Source: an uncultured virus (IMG/VR IMGVR_UViG_3300009104_000005) (taxonomy: Duplodnaviria > Heunggongvirae > Uroviricota > Caudoviricetes). Taken from it: DNA of 64,000 nt. A model generated the notes under the pieces. It had not been told where the DNA came from and made no database searches. It saw only the letters and a list, made by a program, of their open reading frames with translations. The stretch lies in IMG/VR virus record IMGVR_UViG_3300009104_000005; one strand, 5' to 3'. Below are positions 29,101-38,628 of this stretch, in pieces (within the stretch, counting starts at the first letter, position 1; the number at the start of each line of letters is the position of its first letter). Both the position numbers and the translations under genes were made by a program.

Positions 29101-32100
29101 ACCTAGTAGAGGGTGCCATGCTCCTAGACCAGCACTGATGCCATGACCACTGCTGGTCTTGGCTACCTTGAGACTGTTCAGATAGGAGTATCTCTCACCA
29201 TGCCAACCCACAGCACCCACTGGTCTGGTCCTGTCTATGGCATCTACGAAACCATTGAAGTGGACTTGAGTAGCAGCGAGGTGATGATAGACATGAGTCC
29301 AATCGTCACTAGCACCTGCAGCAGAAGCGGAATGTAATGCCTCAGGAGCACCGTTACTCCATCTCAGATTACCTGTCTTAGCCCAGATATAGATAGTATG
29401 CCCATTCCCTATACCTGAAGCGTCATGGTTACTTGCGTTAGCCCCAAGGGCTACTGTTGGACTCTCCAGTCTAGCAGCCCCACTACGCCAATTCTCGCCT
29501 ATAGTGAATGAGCCATAACCAAGACCACCTTCACCATCATTGTACTCCGTATACCTACCATAGAAAACCTCAGTATCTGGGTCTACTATTCTCATCCAAC
29601 CCTTTTCTGGCAGATGCTTAGGGAGTAGATTGCCAGCGAGTAGAGTAGTGCCGTTACTATATCCTGGAGGCGTTAAACTATCATCTCGCACTGTCCCAAC
29701 ATTGACCCAAGAGTATCTATCCTGTCTTATGGCATCTTGGAAGGAAGGGAGGAATGTCCCACCCATAGCCTTGAGGTTTCCCTCACCGGGGTAAGAGTTG
29801 ATAGCCGCTGAGATGATAGTAGCCAGTTCCTCTGAGTTCTGTACTCTAGTAGCATCCACTACGAAGACATCCCTAGTAGTTCCATCTCCTGTAGTATTCT
29901 CTGTCAGATTGAGGTCATAGCCCTCGAGAGCCAAGGCTCCTACTCTGAACATACTAGCATTCAACCCTAGAGTGATATCTTGCCCATTAAAAGAAGCAGT
30001 GTGAGAATCAGGTAATCTGTTACCAGTAGTCGGATGTGTAGGGTTCTTGACTACAGCGTTATCCATCCAGTTACCACCAGCAGGGTAACCACCATCCATG
30101 TGCCAGTTGTATTGGAAAGAATCAGTACCTGTACCACCAGCCCCAAACATTGGGTGGGCTATCTGACCAGCGGTACCAGAATGATTATTGCTGTTAGTCC
30201 AATGATTGCTTATGAGAGAAGCACTAGTAGCAGTGAACTCTCCACCTATGAGGCCACTAGGTGTCCCATAAGCGGGTTCCCAATTTCTAAGAGCATTGTA
30301 AGGAGTAGCACCACCAGCAGCAGCACGATTCTGCCAAGACATTGGTGCTGGTAAATAGGGTCGATAAGTCCCACTCCTATGGGCATAGACACTTGGGTTA
30401 GGGGTTGAATCGAGATACCCCTTACTCATCTCATTAGGATGATACTTACCAGGCTCAGTAGCAGATTGTTTAAGCGTAGTACCATAGGCATGAGTGTACT
30501 TACTACCTACTGTTTGACTTGCTGCAGGTTCCTTTCTGGTTTGACCTACACCAGGAGTAGGATATCCTTTGAAATGTTTAGGGACTGACTGTCCGGGCCC
30601 GAACACCACATAGGCCACTTCGTCAGCACATCCACTAGTAGCATCAGTGTACCTAGCATAGGGGTGAGCAAATCTGAGAACTATAGGAGTAGGATGAGTC
30701 ACTGCTGTCTGGTTGTCAATACTGTCTGTACCATCTTGATATACTGCTGCCTTAGCATTCTCATCTGCAAAGCCCATCATCTGATTAGTATTCCCTACCT
30801 TGGTACTACCACTTTGTACATTCATATCTGGAGCCAATAGGGCATCGGCATTGGTGAATGGGGGTTGAGACTCACCTCTATGCTGGTTGAGGAAAGGGGT
30901 ACCGGGGAACATGGCTAACATCGCAGTAGTGTCTAGTATAGCATGGGCTCCCATGTTCTCTCCCACATTCTGCAGCCCAGCACAACCTGTTGGACCGGAA
31001 GCATAGGGGTGAGAATAGAACTCAGTGTAGTCATTCTGTGTCCCATCATTGATGTCCATAACCACACCACTGAAACCACCCCCGAAGTAGAGTGGGACAC
31101 TGTGGTCAGGACTGTCATGAGCCCCACGGAAATAGGTGATTGGTTCACCGTAAGTGTTCCCTGCTACTCTATTACCAGCAAACAGCCTAGCCCTTTCTCC
31201 AGTCCACAGTGAGAGATAATCATTGGTCATATCAACGGAACCGAAATTGTCGTGCTTACTGACCACATCAAACCTACCACCAGTACCACCACTAACTTTG
31301 AGTTTCACTGTAGCCCAGTCACCACTTCCATCATAGACTGTGAATGGTTCTGAAAAGAAGTTACCATTAGCAGATGGGTCATAAGGAGCCCATAACTGCC
31401 AAGGGAAAACATAGAAGTTCAAGACAGAACCACTAGTCACTCGCACTATGGGATTATTGACACAAGGAGTGATGTGGTCTCCTGCGTAGGCTGTAAACTT
31501 CTCCCCTCTCAAATGTTTTTGCCACTCTGAAGTAGACACTGCAGAACCATCGCTCTTGACTAGAACAGGAGTTGCCGTATTAGCATTCTCTCCTCGGAAA
31601 TTGGCAGTGATATTCAATAGTGTTCTAGGTAAATAGCCAGTATCTACAACTACCCCGTCTTCAATCTGAGTCGAGGATAAATAAGTGTCAGCATTACCAG
31701 CATAGAGGCCTAAATCTATATCTCTAGATACTGAGAATAGGTCTCTTAGAGGGGTCACCTTCTTCTTATCGTTTAGCGTGTGGACTTGGATAGCAGTAGT
31801 AGCAGCATCACCCATCCATTCTTTGTAAGTCCTACCATCAGGAGCATACATTGTACTACAATCGAACTTTCTAGATTTATTCGGGTCGACGCCCATAGCA
31901 TATTCTACAGCAGCAGCAATAAGTTCATCTGTCACTATAGTAGTCCAATTCAACATAGGGCTGATAGTTCCAGTGCCCATGTTAGTGGTGTCAGGAGTCC
32001 CCCCACTCACTCCATAGAAAATGTGGGTAGAATTGGTACCATTGTTATCACTAGCAGCAGACCTAGATGTACGGGAAGTATAGCGAAACACTTTGCTACT

Positions 32101-35100
32101 TTGCCCACCCGATTTATTGTCCGTATAGATGAAAAGCCCTTCATCAGGGAATCCTAGCAATCCAAGGTAATCTTGAGATGTGGCATCGGCTGCATCGAGA
32201 TGAAATGCGTCTTGAATAGTTATTGACATTGCAGCCCCACTCATAGAGATACTATCTACTGGATAACCGTTGGCTGGGACTCTAATCCCATTCCAACTGT
32301 TACCTCTCCATGTCAGACTAGATGTGATATCAGAAGTCGTTGTAGTACTACCACAGTCTAAACTGATTGGATAAGTGCTACCTTTCATATGCTTCCCAAT
32401 TGTGAAGCCACCCTTACTCACATCACTATCATCGAATGATATGATTATCTCATTCTCTAAACTGGGTGGTAGAACTGTGTTATTATTCGCAAAAGGTTGA
32501 CCCTTTTTGCGATAAATAAGTCTGATTGTGTGGTCTTTACCTCTGTGGTCAGTGAACCTAAAACCATATAACTCCCCTTTACCAACTTCATCTTTCGATT
32601 GTTCATCTGCTGTTACATAGGTAGAGTAAGTAGTAGTACTATCATCGTTGTAGATATTGTCAAATCTACCACCTTTGTTGAGTACACCAAAACCCATAGA
32701 GCCAGCATCAGGTGCCCAACCAGGTACCCCACTGGCTACCAGCCCCCCGAAATTAATACGAGCACGAGCACGAGTCCCAGTCCTAAGACCCTCTACCATT
32801 CTATTTGCGTCACCCTGTGATTCAAACGATTCTCCGTAGAGTGTATTAGCACAACGGCCAGTAGCCATCTCACTGTTTTTTCTAGTATTGGTACCATCAT
32901 AATCAGCCAGATTATTGATGAATTCCTCATCCTCATCATCGGGTGGAACCATCTGTCTCAATGTAGTTATTGGTGCGAAAGGTCTCCCGTTCTTGGTAAT
33001 AGGCATAGGAGCCGGATGCATATTCTCATCTTCTCCTTCCATGGGCATGGCCCAGAAACTACGGAATCTACCACCATGACCAACTAGGAACTGAGGTTTA
33101 TACTCTGCTTGAGCCTTACTGTTGTCCAGCCAAGCGCAGAAGTTTCTACCCGAAGCCCCTGGGATAGTACTGTGTATTACAATAGTATACCCATCATTAC
33201 CATCCAAGTCCTTTACAGCCCTACCAAAGTGGGCTCTAAGATACCCCATGTGAGAACCCTTGTCACCATTAAATGCTGTATCATCCCAAAAAGAAGCAGG
33301 GTCATGAGTAGAACTACCAGCACTTCTACCCTGTAAAGCAGCGGCTTGATTCACTCTCCTAACCATCTCACGCACAGCAGATTCCACATCAGATACACCA
33401 TTGGCCTGCCCTATCTCCCCTAAATCAAGTGTCAATCTTCTCACGAAATCCATATCTTTCCATTGTGGGAGGTGTTGCAATCTAGATTCTGAATGTTGGG
33501 TGAGGTCTAGACTATTTGCTCGATTTCCTTTGAGGCAAAGGAAAGCCGGTATAGCCCTAGTACCATCAGGTGTGTCGAAGAAGGTAGAAATGTAAGCCCC
33601 AGTCGTCTCTAAACGATGTCTCACTCTAGCATAGTTGTTGACGAAACTCACATCATCTGTCACCACTGTGCTGTTATCTGCCCTACCTGTACTACCCAAG
33701 AATGATGCTCCGTAGGATATGTAGGCATCATTCATCCCATTGGCATTATGGTTTTGACCACTGGTAGTCACCTCCATGTAGGGACTACTACGATGGCAGT
33801 AAGCACCTTCTATGAAATCAGACTGGTCCTTAGTAGCAGTGCGATTATTGTATCTATTTTGAGAATAGAACCCATTAGCCACATCCAACCCGTTGACCCT
33901 AGGGGTAGTCTGACCTGTCTGGACCTGCATGTGGATATCATGGAAGGCTATGAACTCCCTGTCATGTGCTACATCATAGAGTAGTACGCGTGCGTGACCC
34001 TCCTTGGCTAGATAGGGGTCGAGGTATGCTACAACAGGGATTTCTGAGGCTGAGTATCCCAGTTCTAACCAGTTGAGTTCCACTGTCTTGTTCACATGCT
34101 GCACGAAGTTCTGTGCAGTCTCCATACAGGTATTACCTATCAAGAAGTTCTCGAGTGGTATACTATCACGAGCCTGACTCGCTAGTTCTCCTCTCCCTCC
34201 ATTGAATCCATCCCATACCATGAACTCGTTGAGAACTCCACGAGACTTACAGAATAGACCCTCGATAGCATGAGGATTAGTGTAGTGCATATTCATCCAT
34301 ACTGTATCACCATGCCTCAAACCGCCTGGAGCGTAAGGGTTGCTCCATGTCTTATTGAGAATATTCTGCCAAGATATCACTTGGTCAGCATTTAGTTCCC
34401 CGATATAACCATCGTAGATATCATAGTAATGGGTATATGTGCCATCAGAAAACTTCAATCTCTTCACAGTGTAGATATCACCTGCTGCCGGAGTACCTGA
34501 ATCCACATCAATCTTATCACCATCAGCATGGTGAGTGAATAAGAGTATCTCATCATCTTGATTGATAGCCTCTATACTCACATCATCCCATTCACTGCCA
34601 GTCAGACTAGGTACATTGTCACCAATATAGAACCAATTTCCACTACTACCATCTTGAGATATAATCTCAAAGGTAGCACAACCACTTTCTATCTTCTTGG
34701 CGTGTGGATTAGCACTAGGCCCTTCCTTGAACTCAACAGCACTGACATACTGCCTTAACCCATAGTCGATGTTACCTCCCTGTGTTTGCACATTAGCCCG
34801 GTCATAGTAGTAAGGTCTACGGAACTCATTCTCAGCACTGTCTAGTGTGGGGTCTCCACGAATAGGTTCACCAGTGAATGTCAGATAAGGCGTCATAGAA
34901 ATGATAGCCCCTTCACTAACTCTTTCCCAGAAGTTCTGACTATGACTACCAACCTCCATAGATTGCCCGACCACATTATCTATGTATGCCCACTCATTAT
35001 CTGGAGTATAGATTCGTCTGAACATCTTAGTGTAATTCGTCACGATAGCCCCACCAGAAGCACTATTCTGAATCCCTGTAATGTTCCTGAAACTCGAAAT

Positions 35101-38100
35101 CTGCTCCCCGAAAGTTGGGAATGCCTGACTAAGGTTCTTCACATAGACCTTGTCATTGTCTTTATCTATCTCTGTAATTATCACCGCACCTTTGGTAGTA
35201 TCTTCAACCCACCTCTTGTGATAAGGTCCTAACACATCTCGGTCTGCGGGGGCTCTAGCCTTCGACCTCCTCCCTACAGGGTTTGGTGCCCAAGAATGGG
35301 CTGTAAGAGTGGGGTCTAGATGTATCTTCATACTGTTATCAGGCCCAGGGAATATACCATTTCTTGGGTCATCAAAAAACTGGTTACTGAATACTGGTAT
35401 CTCTACTAGGGCTCGAGTACTAGCGTACTGAGTACCTAATTGGTAATCGTGTGCAACACTCCCTATACTCTGGAAGAGTCGGTCATTGATGGTGGTCCCA
35501 TCAGAAACGATACTAGCCTCATCAAACAGAGGGTCAAGAAGGACATTAGTCTGCCCTTTCACCACTGAATTAGTAGTAAGCCAGTTAGCGAAAGTATCCT
35601 GCTCAGACCCATCACTATTGATGAAGCGACCAGTACCAGATTGGTCTCCAGATTTGACTGTAAAGGCAGTAGCAGTGGTGTCATAGTATTCAGCACTAGC
35701 ACCATTCTCTAGATGTATTCTACCACGCACGGGGAACATGTAAGTGCCCCAACTAGCCAAAGCATCTGAGTTGTTATTCAATGGTGCTACAGTCAAAGAA
35801 GTACTAGTAGAAGCGGTCACCCTAGCCCCACCATCTCTCCTAGTATTCCACCCCAATCTAGTCAATGGACTCTTATCCCAAGTTGGAGTAGTCTCTACAG
35901 CACCTTGACCAGGACCACCTAGAGTAACAGTAACTACAGGGGCATCAGGTCTACTCTCTTTCACTATGATAGAATCTGGTGAACCTTCACCGATATACTC
36001 AGAAGCCATGGATGCTATATCATCCATCAATCCCCTACCTTGCATCGTTAGGATGAGTCCTCGCTCATTACGCTCACTACTAAAGGAACTAACCCTGCCC
36101 CTCGACATTAGGAACTCCAGAGTGAAAAGGGAAGGGTCGTCAGTATCATTCGTGAACTTACTGAGTTGCAGATTCCTGCTCCTGTCAGTAGGATGGGCAA
36201 TGATGTACACCCCCTTGTTGTCCGAATAGTTGTCTATCACATCGAACATCTCAAACGCATGAGTGGATTGGTTAGTAGGTCCTTTGTTACCTGTTTTCGC
36301 TGTCAACCTGAAATCATCAGCACCAACAGGGATACTCTTTGCTGCAGCCCCATTATCTCTCAAAATGAGATGGTGATACACAGAGGGATGTGACGCATCA
36401 TTGGAATGGGAAGAATTCACACCTATGGGTGGTGAATTCGGTGGGTCTGTGGCAACTTGTGGAGTGTAGTTGGGAGGTGTCATGCTCAGGTCCAACTCTA
36501 CCTCGTACTGTCTCCCTCCAGTATTGTCTCCCGATAGATTATGGTCCTTGAGCATATTACCCATTTCAGCCACACTAGATGCTTTGACATGGATAATACC
36601 CCCAGGAGCATGGAGTGTCATAGTACCACTACCTAGGAGGGTATTGATTCTATCAGCCACTCTCTTACTGTTGATAACAGAGCCGCCAGAAGGTACAGTC
36701 TTATTGACCAACAAGGCAGGACCATTGGCTCCAATTGTCCCTCCTGTGAGGTCTATTGCGTTGTAATGAATCTCCACATATGGGAAGTCATCATCTCCAG
36801 TCTGCAAGATAGCCACCCTAGACTCAGTCTCTGGTGCCAAATGTAGATTGTAGATATCATCAGTAGCCTCCACTCCACTAGTAGCATGGGACTTCAAAAG
36901 GAAGGGAGTGATATTGAATCCAGAACCACCTATAGAAATTATCTCATCTCTATCAGGGTCAAGAGTACCTAAACCGTTCCTCTTTATCTGAGCGACAGTA
37001 CCTGTAGTGATAACACGAACGCCATCTAAGAGAGTGTTGCTCTTGAGTAGGGATATCTGACTGTTTATTGGGATTTGCTCAGGAAGGTTGATGCTTTGTC
37101 CATCAAATACGGCGTAGATGCTATCAGCCAGACCATCCACAGTCTGGGTCACTCTTTCTTTCGATGCTCTCGGGAGTATTCTCAGATATGGGTGACCAGA
37201 ACAATGTGAAAATTTATGTCTACCAGAATGACCTGTTTGGAACTTGGAGTCTATTGCCCAATTAGCATTACTGATACTGTATGGGTTACCGGACTCGTTG
37301 ATACTCATATTACGACTATGTAGGAAACCATGGAACCCGTTTCCACTCTCATCTATGATTGTCATACCATTCCTATCTATCGCCTGGGAGCCAAGACCAG
37401 GTGGTTGTAAGGGACTTCCGCTACCAGGGTCTAACAACAAATCAGACCTGAGTATGACTATGAGACTATCATGTGCTAGGTTATTGGTAGCATCAAAAGC
37501 AGTTCTACCATGAAGTATACCTCTAGACCCTGTGTCAGTAGACATATCGAAATCCAAATGGATACTCTCTACTGTAATGGACCCAGTGGATGAGATGGAC
37601 TTGAGTCTCACTCGCTCCGGTGGTTTACTGTTAGGTTTACCAGTCTTGATATCAGTACCAGTAGGATTGATGAGTAGATTGACTGAGGTGTGGGCAATTT
37701 TCACTTTCTTGGCACCATCACTATGGGTAGTTACACCGACTTGATAGTCCCCTAGAGAAGGTACCGTGTAAGTCGAAGGCATGGGTGTAGATTTGCCGCT
37801 GATGATTTCGTATAGGCTTTGGACCTGTGTGGTATCTAAAGTGAGAGCAGTGTCCCCAGCATTTGCAGAACTTTTGATGTAGAACTCTGTATCGTCAACC
37901 TCTACAGGTTCCTCAAACCTCCACAACCCAACAGTACTACTCTGCCTGACCATAGGGGCTGGTATGACAGAATCCTCATCAACACCAAGACGGAAGTGAA
38001 CTCCCTCGATATAGCCTCTGAACTCACCACCCTTACCACCTAGGTATAGGTCTGAATTGGTTGGTGTGCACATAGAGCCGCTAGATATCTTGTTGCTAGC

Positions 38101-38628
38101 CACTATCTGACCATTGATGAATATGGATACTCTCTTCTCGTTGAACATACCTACGACATGCAACAGTTCTCTTCCACCCTTAGATAGTTCTGTATTATTC
38201 GCTATGAAAGACTGCCCTGCTGTGGGATAGATGATACCAGAATAACTATTGTTAATGGTCTGAGCACTTCGAGCCGTGAAGACTCTCACATCCCCTGCCT
38301 TAGTACGAGTTGTCACACTGAATACTGCGGGAGCCGGAGCACCAACACTACCGACACTGAGTTTGAACATCCCTTCCTTGGAGGCTATTACCCCACCACA
38401 ATCCGGCCTAATCCAAGCCTCCACTGAGAAATTGGATATCATGGCTGTCGATGAAGGTGAACTACCTTCTTCATCTCTCATACTGAGGATAGGTCGAGAG
38501 GACCTAACCTCTTGACCTCCCACGCTTGTCTTGATACCTGTAGATGCAAACTCATGTGATGGGCATACGATACTATCGCTTACCCCATTGAAGAATAAAG
38601 AGTGACTAGTTTTCCCTAAGACCGTCAT
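23188..38628 (-). CDS. Giant (5146 aa) virion tail protein with N-terminal LamG/concanavalin-like domain
   Basis: Uninterrupted 15.4-kb ORF. SLFFNG...FSVEAWIRP...HVVG...IFING...LYLGG...FRGYIE...VGLWRFEE is a LamG signature. Lies two genes downstream of the tape measure. Confidence 0.85.
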   Translation of the reverse strand: MTVLGKTSHSLFFNGVSDSIVCPSHEFASTGIKTSVGGQEVRSSRPILSMRDEEGSSPSSTAMISNFSVEAWIRPDCGGVIASKEGMFKLSVGSVGAPAPAVFSVTTRTKAGDVRVFTARSAQTINNSYSGIIYPTAGQSFIANNTELSKGGRELLHVVGMFNEKRVSIFINGQIVASNKISSGSMCTPTNSDLYLGGKGGEFRGYIEGVHFRLGVDEDSVIPAPMVRQSSTVGLWRFEEPVEVDDTEFYIKSSANAGDTALTLDTTQVQSLYEIISGKSTPMPSTYTVPSLGDYQVGVTTHSDGAKKVKIAHTSVNLLINPTGTDIKTGKPNSKPPERVRLKSISSTGSITVESIHLDFDMSTDTGSRGILHGRTAFDATNNLAHDSLIVILRSDLLLDPGSGSPLQPPGLGSQAIDRNGMTIIDESGNGFHGFLHSRNMSINESGNPYSISNANWAIDSKFQTGHSGRHKFSHCSGHPYLRILPRASKERVTQTVDGLADSIYAVFDGQSINLPEQIPINSQISLLKSNTLLDGVRVITTGTVAQIKRNGLGTLDPDRDEIISIGGSGFNITPFLLKSHATSGVEATDDIYNLHLAPETESRVAILQTGDDDFPYVEIHYNAIDLTGGTIGANGPALLVNKTVPSGGSVINSKRVADRINTLLGSGTMTLHAPGGIIHVKASSVAEMGNMLKDHNLSGDNTGGRQYEVELDLSMTPPNYTPQVATDPPNSPPIGVNSSHSNDASHPSVYHHLILRDNGAAAKSIPVGADDFRLTAKTGNKGPTNQSTHAFEMFDVIDNYSDNKGVYIIAHPTDRSRNLQLSKFTNDTDDPSLFTLEFLMSRGRVSSFSSERNERGLILTMQGRGLMDDIASMASEYIGEGSPDSIIVKESRPDAPVVTVTLGGPGQGAVETTPTWDKSPLTRLGWNTRRDGGARVTASTSTSLTVAPLNNNSDALASWGTYMFPVRGRIHLENGASAEYYDTTATAFTVKSGDQSGTGRFINSDGSEQDTFANWLTTNSVVKGQTNVLLDPLFDEASIVSDGTTINDRLFQSIGSVAHDYQLGTQYASTRALVEIPVFSNQFFDDPRNGIFPGPDNSMKIHLDPTLTAHSWAPNPVGRRSKARAPADRDVLGPYHKRWVEDTTKGAVIITEIDKDNDKVYVKNLSQAFPTFGEQISSFRNITGIQNSASGGAIVTNYTKMFRRIYTPDNEWAYIDNVVGQSMEVGSHSQNFWERVSEGAIISMTPYLTFTGEPIRGDPTLDSAENEFRRPYYYDRANVQTQGGNIDYGLRQYVSAVEFKEGPSANPHAKKIESGCATFEIISQDGSSGNWFYIGDNVPSLTGSEWDDVSIEAINQDDEILLFTHHADGDKIDVDSGTPAAGDIYTVKRLKFSDGTYTHYYDIYDGYIGELNADQVISWQNILNKTWSNPYAPGGLRHGDTVWMNMHYTNPHAIEGLFCKSRGVLNEFMVWDGFNGGRGELASQARDSIPLENFLIGNTCMETAQNFVQHVNKTVELNWLELGYSASEIPVVAYLDPYLAKEGHARVLLYDVAHDREFIAFHDIHMQVQTGQTTPRVNGLDVANGFYSQNRYNNRTATKDQSDFIEGAYCHRSSPYMEVTTSGQNHNANGMNDAYISYGASFLGSTGRADNSTVVTDDVSFVNNYARVRHRLETTGAYISTFFDTPDGTRAIPAFLCLKGNRANSLDLTQHSESRLQHLPQWKDMDFVRRLTLDLGEIGQANGVSDVESAVREMVRRVNQAAALQGRSAGSSTHDPASFWDDTAFNGDKGSHMGYLRAHFGRAVKDLDGNDGYTIVIHSTIPGASGRNFCAWLDNSKAQAEYKPQFLVGHGGRFRSFWAMPMEGEDENMHPAPMPITKNGRPFAPITTLRQMVPPDDEDEEFINNLADYDGTNTRKNSEMATGRCANTLYGESFESQGDANRMVEGLRTGTRARARINFGGLVASGVPGWAPDAGSMGFGVLNKGGRFDNIYNDDSTTTYSTYVTADEQSKDEVGKGELYGFRFTDHRGKDHTIRLIYRKKGQPFANNNTVLPPSLENEIIISFDDSDVSKGGFTIGKHMKGSTYPISLDCGSTTTTSDITSSLTWRGNSWNGIRVPANGYPVDSISMSGAAMSITIQDAFHLDAADATSQDYLGLLGFPDEGLFIYTDNKSGGQSSKVFRYTSRTSRSAASDNNGTNSTHIFYGVSGGTPDTTNMGTGTISPMLNWTTIVTDELIAAAVEYAMGVDPNKSRKFDCSTMYAPDGRTYKEWMGDAATTAIQVHTLNDKKKVTPLRDLFSVSRDIDLGLYAGNADTYLSSTQIEDGVVVDTGYLPRTLLNITANFRGENANTATPVLVKSDGSAVSTSEWQKHLRGEKFTAYAGDHITPCVNNPIVRVTSGSVLNFYVFPWQLWAPYDPSANGNFFSEPFTVYDGSGDWATVKLKVSGGTGGRFDVVSKHDNFGSVDMTNDYLSLWTGERARLFAGNRVAGNTYGEPITYFRGAHDSPDHSVPLYFGGGFSGVVMDINDGTQNDYTEFYSHPYASGPTGCAGLQNVGENMGAHAILDTTAMLAMFPGTPFLNQHRGESQPPFTNADALLAPDMNVQSGSTKVGNTNQMMGFADENAKAAVYQDGTDSIDNQTAVTHPTPIVLRFAHPYARYTDATSGCADEVAYVVFGPGQSVPKHFKGYPTPGVGQTRKEPAASQTVGSKYTHAYGTTLKQSATEPGKYHPNEMSKGYLDSTPNPSVYAHRSGTYRPYLPAPMSWQNRAAAGGATPYNALRNWEPAYGTPSGLIGGEFTATSASLISNHWTNSNNHSGTAGQIAHPMFGAGGTGTDSFQYNWHMDGGYPAGGNWMDNAVVKNPTHPTTGNRLPDSHTASFNGQDITLGLNASMFRVGALALEGYDLNLTENTTGDGTTRDVFVVDATRVQNSEELATIISAAINSYPGEGNLKAMGGTFLPSFQDAIRQDRYSWVNVGTVRDDSLTPPGYSNGTTLLAGNLLPKHLPEKGWMRIVDPDTEVFYGRYTEYNDGEGGLGYGSFTIGENWRSGAARLESPTVALGANASNHDASGIGNGHTIYIWAKTGNLRWSNGAPEALHSASAAGASDDWTHVYHHLAATQVHFNGFVDAIDRTRPVGAVGWHGERYSYLNSLKVAKTSSGHGISAGLGAWHPLLGFNPYGSAMGVHALNGATAAYTQTGATASFTQDSTGLNSGLHPRHYVVVSNEAELPIIAKADRDGLLLCGDMLDKRWAASNKTGGTVIASHSARHNNDRFAAYAHGGPHVDAQYAKDFAPPASNSNGEWASNPPVAGEMYPMESCLFPTGDLFFDRIENPGVAHYPQEDPINHNDIGSSALAAQSAVLADPYAFWKGKSAARNFSTNHVVWKRMGGGNLCLPAPNARGLGAVPWVWRKVGSSYVKFGETIYGNTRFSFESTNAAVFPTVQAQELAHPQLAEKYPVEIGAALSIPNEEVQFEAIIVIDDSGQEHKIEGGSPLGTVIRDFSRVGERDIEGPALAGSGNEPNLSINLPNPNTIPGNILVRSGFDKVQAYQHETMGTGGLQRPDLPDAVVSGNFDSTNENPSTNPFWENEGWERVDNIETSEVGTGFPYSKSGGMDNQAPLQTSYEPHDRALYFHLTKMGWGYTEREPLGIVSTTTSGVTTSDMTHNPLTFVSVSGSVLTASGTVTATIWEADQTADGRSFLTVNGHVVSFTGVNGSTFTGCKFTPGFSATNGDTMKPSFYVPAGSTRHFASRRLRDHAEVSGESPDKAPIDWVGVGVSESPAKAIRDDRLTPMPVPRMGHHYVMPTMAVMPGHLSHPLYQRVYNLNRAYQSATTSIEQKQKYTSVVESLTANDDGDLLEQEGVGVNALMWFSSPSSPHPPSDIHGGAFTLMVETKVRYDGYGILAFDDENNSGNHRLKLEAGTNYSTHWNFPDPLETGAYQIIIQPNLFAQQLMGFNTNYDFGADTGTQYPLLTDQQVATVIALQWNGATYDFVLAEALKADVRGCEVYLNEVMLDIDPSPNQQFTSLPTLGLYNPLGVNESTSPVWSRKSLPYYPGMFQLASPGYTLTVPWWSPSYTTAGGTLTSGVFAGASSGAAGDSLNWRNVEHYHPDQYYHFCRTGYGSVGAQSVMTGYPTHYLNPYLHSYESLNPTCKVKYTQTSGNSLSISDGQILVDNNNLFPEVSKRYNDCKLSVGGYEASYEHRGQASGLENTTTNRFYGVNGSQQFWDACTENAIITLTGTTRKSGEVYTNKLSSIAAHHIQDLRTGSGDTGTGHLPDAYLSMWHYNLGRPMTYYSDSRASMTAAAIDKAPYNHLPEHYETVHYHDFGYVISDGPFDFRGYGWDLPGDNIEDADDMGDGTDWMPQARTANSLKYHYGAFWPGGSRFGAQASRMDLWGTAGPGWGRFWDSDHIIQGQNATEFSYESASTQTDNIKAAEYDTASATLVAGAATVTVSSTAGLVVGLSILPVSGSGGWGTLPKIVSIDSATQFTVNVNHALSGAVTFDYGYKTKRNAAFGHRFCIRGPFNRPRAALWSTQGFDDNYDNEHAGYRFGPYVQNDAVTADIFTPSTSANTSTETDLSTSAGYSGVIERLTNASALIGSDLKGQQVKYSHGRRMCRPFGCAVRNIVNDPYAIRHHQGDYVAGVASADTDITNRRRDLATALAHYMTDWWGNTTGEDVRRLPVRGFGIRPAWDPEDAYSEADRDINSDQNFAVPVGHGFAHADISFFDPATAKRVGDRGDGRGVRWPTVFNEDVLQEVDTIMDATGLVLSSNTAEPPLGNGYTRARNDDLQLNEVPRGISRRLDVHADDGLLKPEAMAGSNVEKATNDLLPASEALQEPVSRIAPRIGLDALTVGENTGDIVNTHIALGTEAHSLHTDRVVGRRYIVAGGIDTDDSNKVVGDFDLTELHFSSYKPVMRLNYTHGIWPMGGTLILDLENYMEPVSDLGWGAPLSQPADRGSNPYQSGDHNSLSYRTNPTDKLIRFLLRPVRILDHRHVEVFRDKTNALSGTAGGKYGLFTYSTPSARATTSSRFLRSSNPAVDNPPYAPAYFFASGGAYTATSSAGPKIPGTEASGFTNSLKQTVARISISDNTLQHLRADANRRGDFTVQPRYTQSLYPGTNLNKSDHSGESSHTDNEVDG

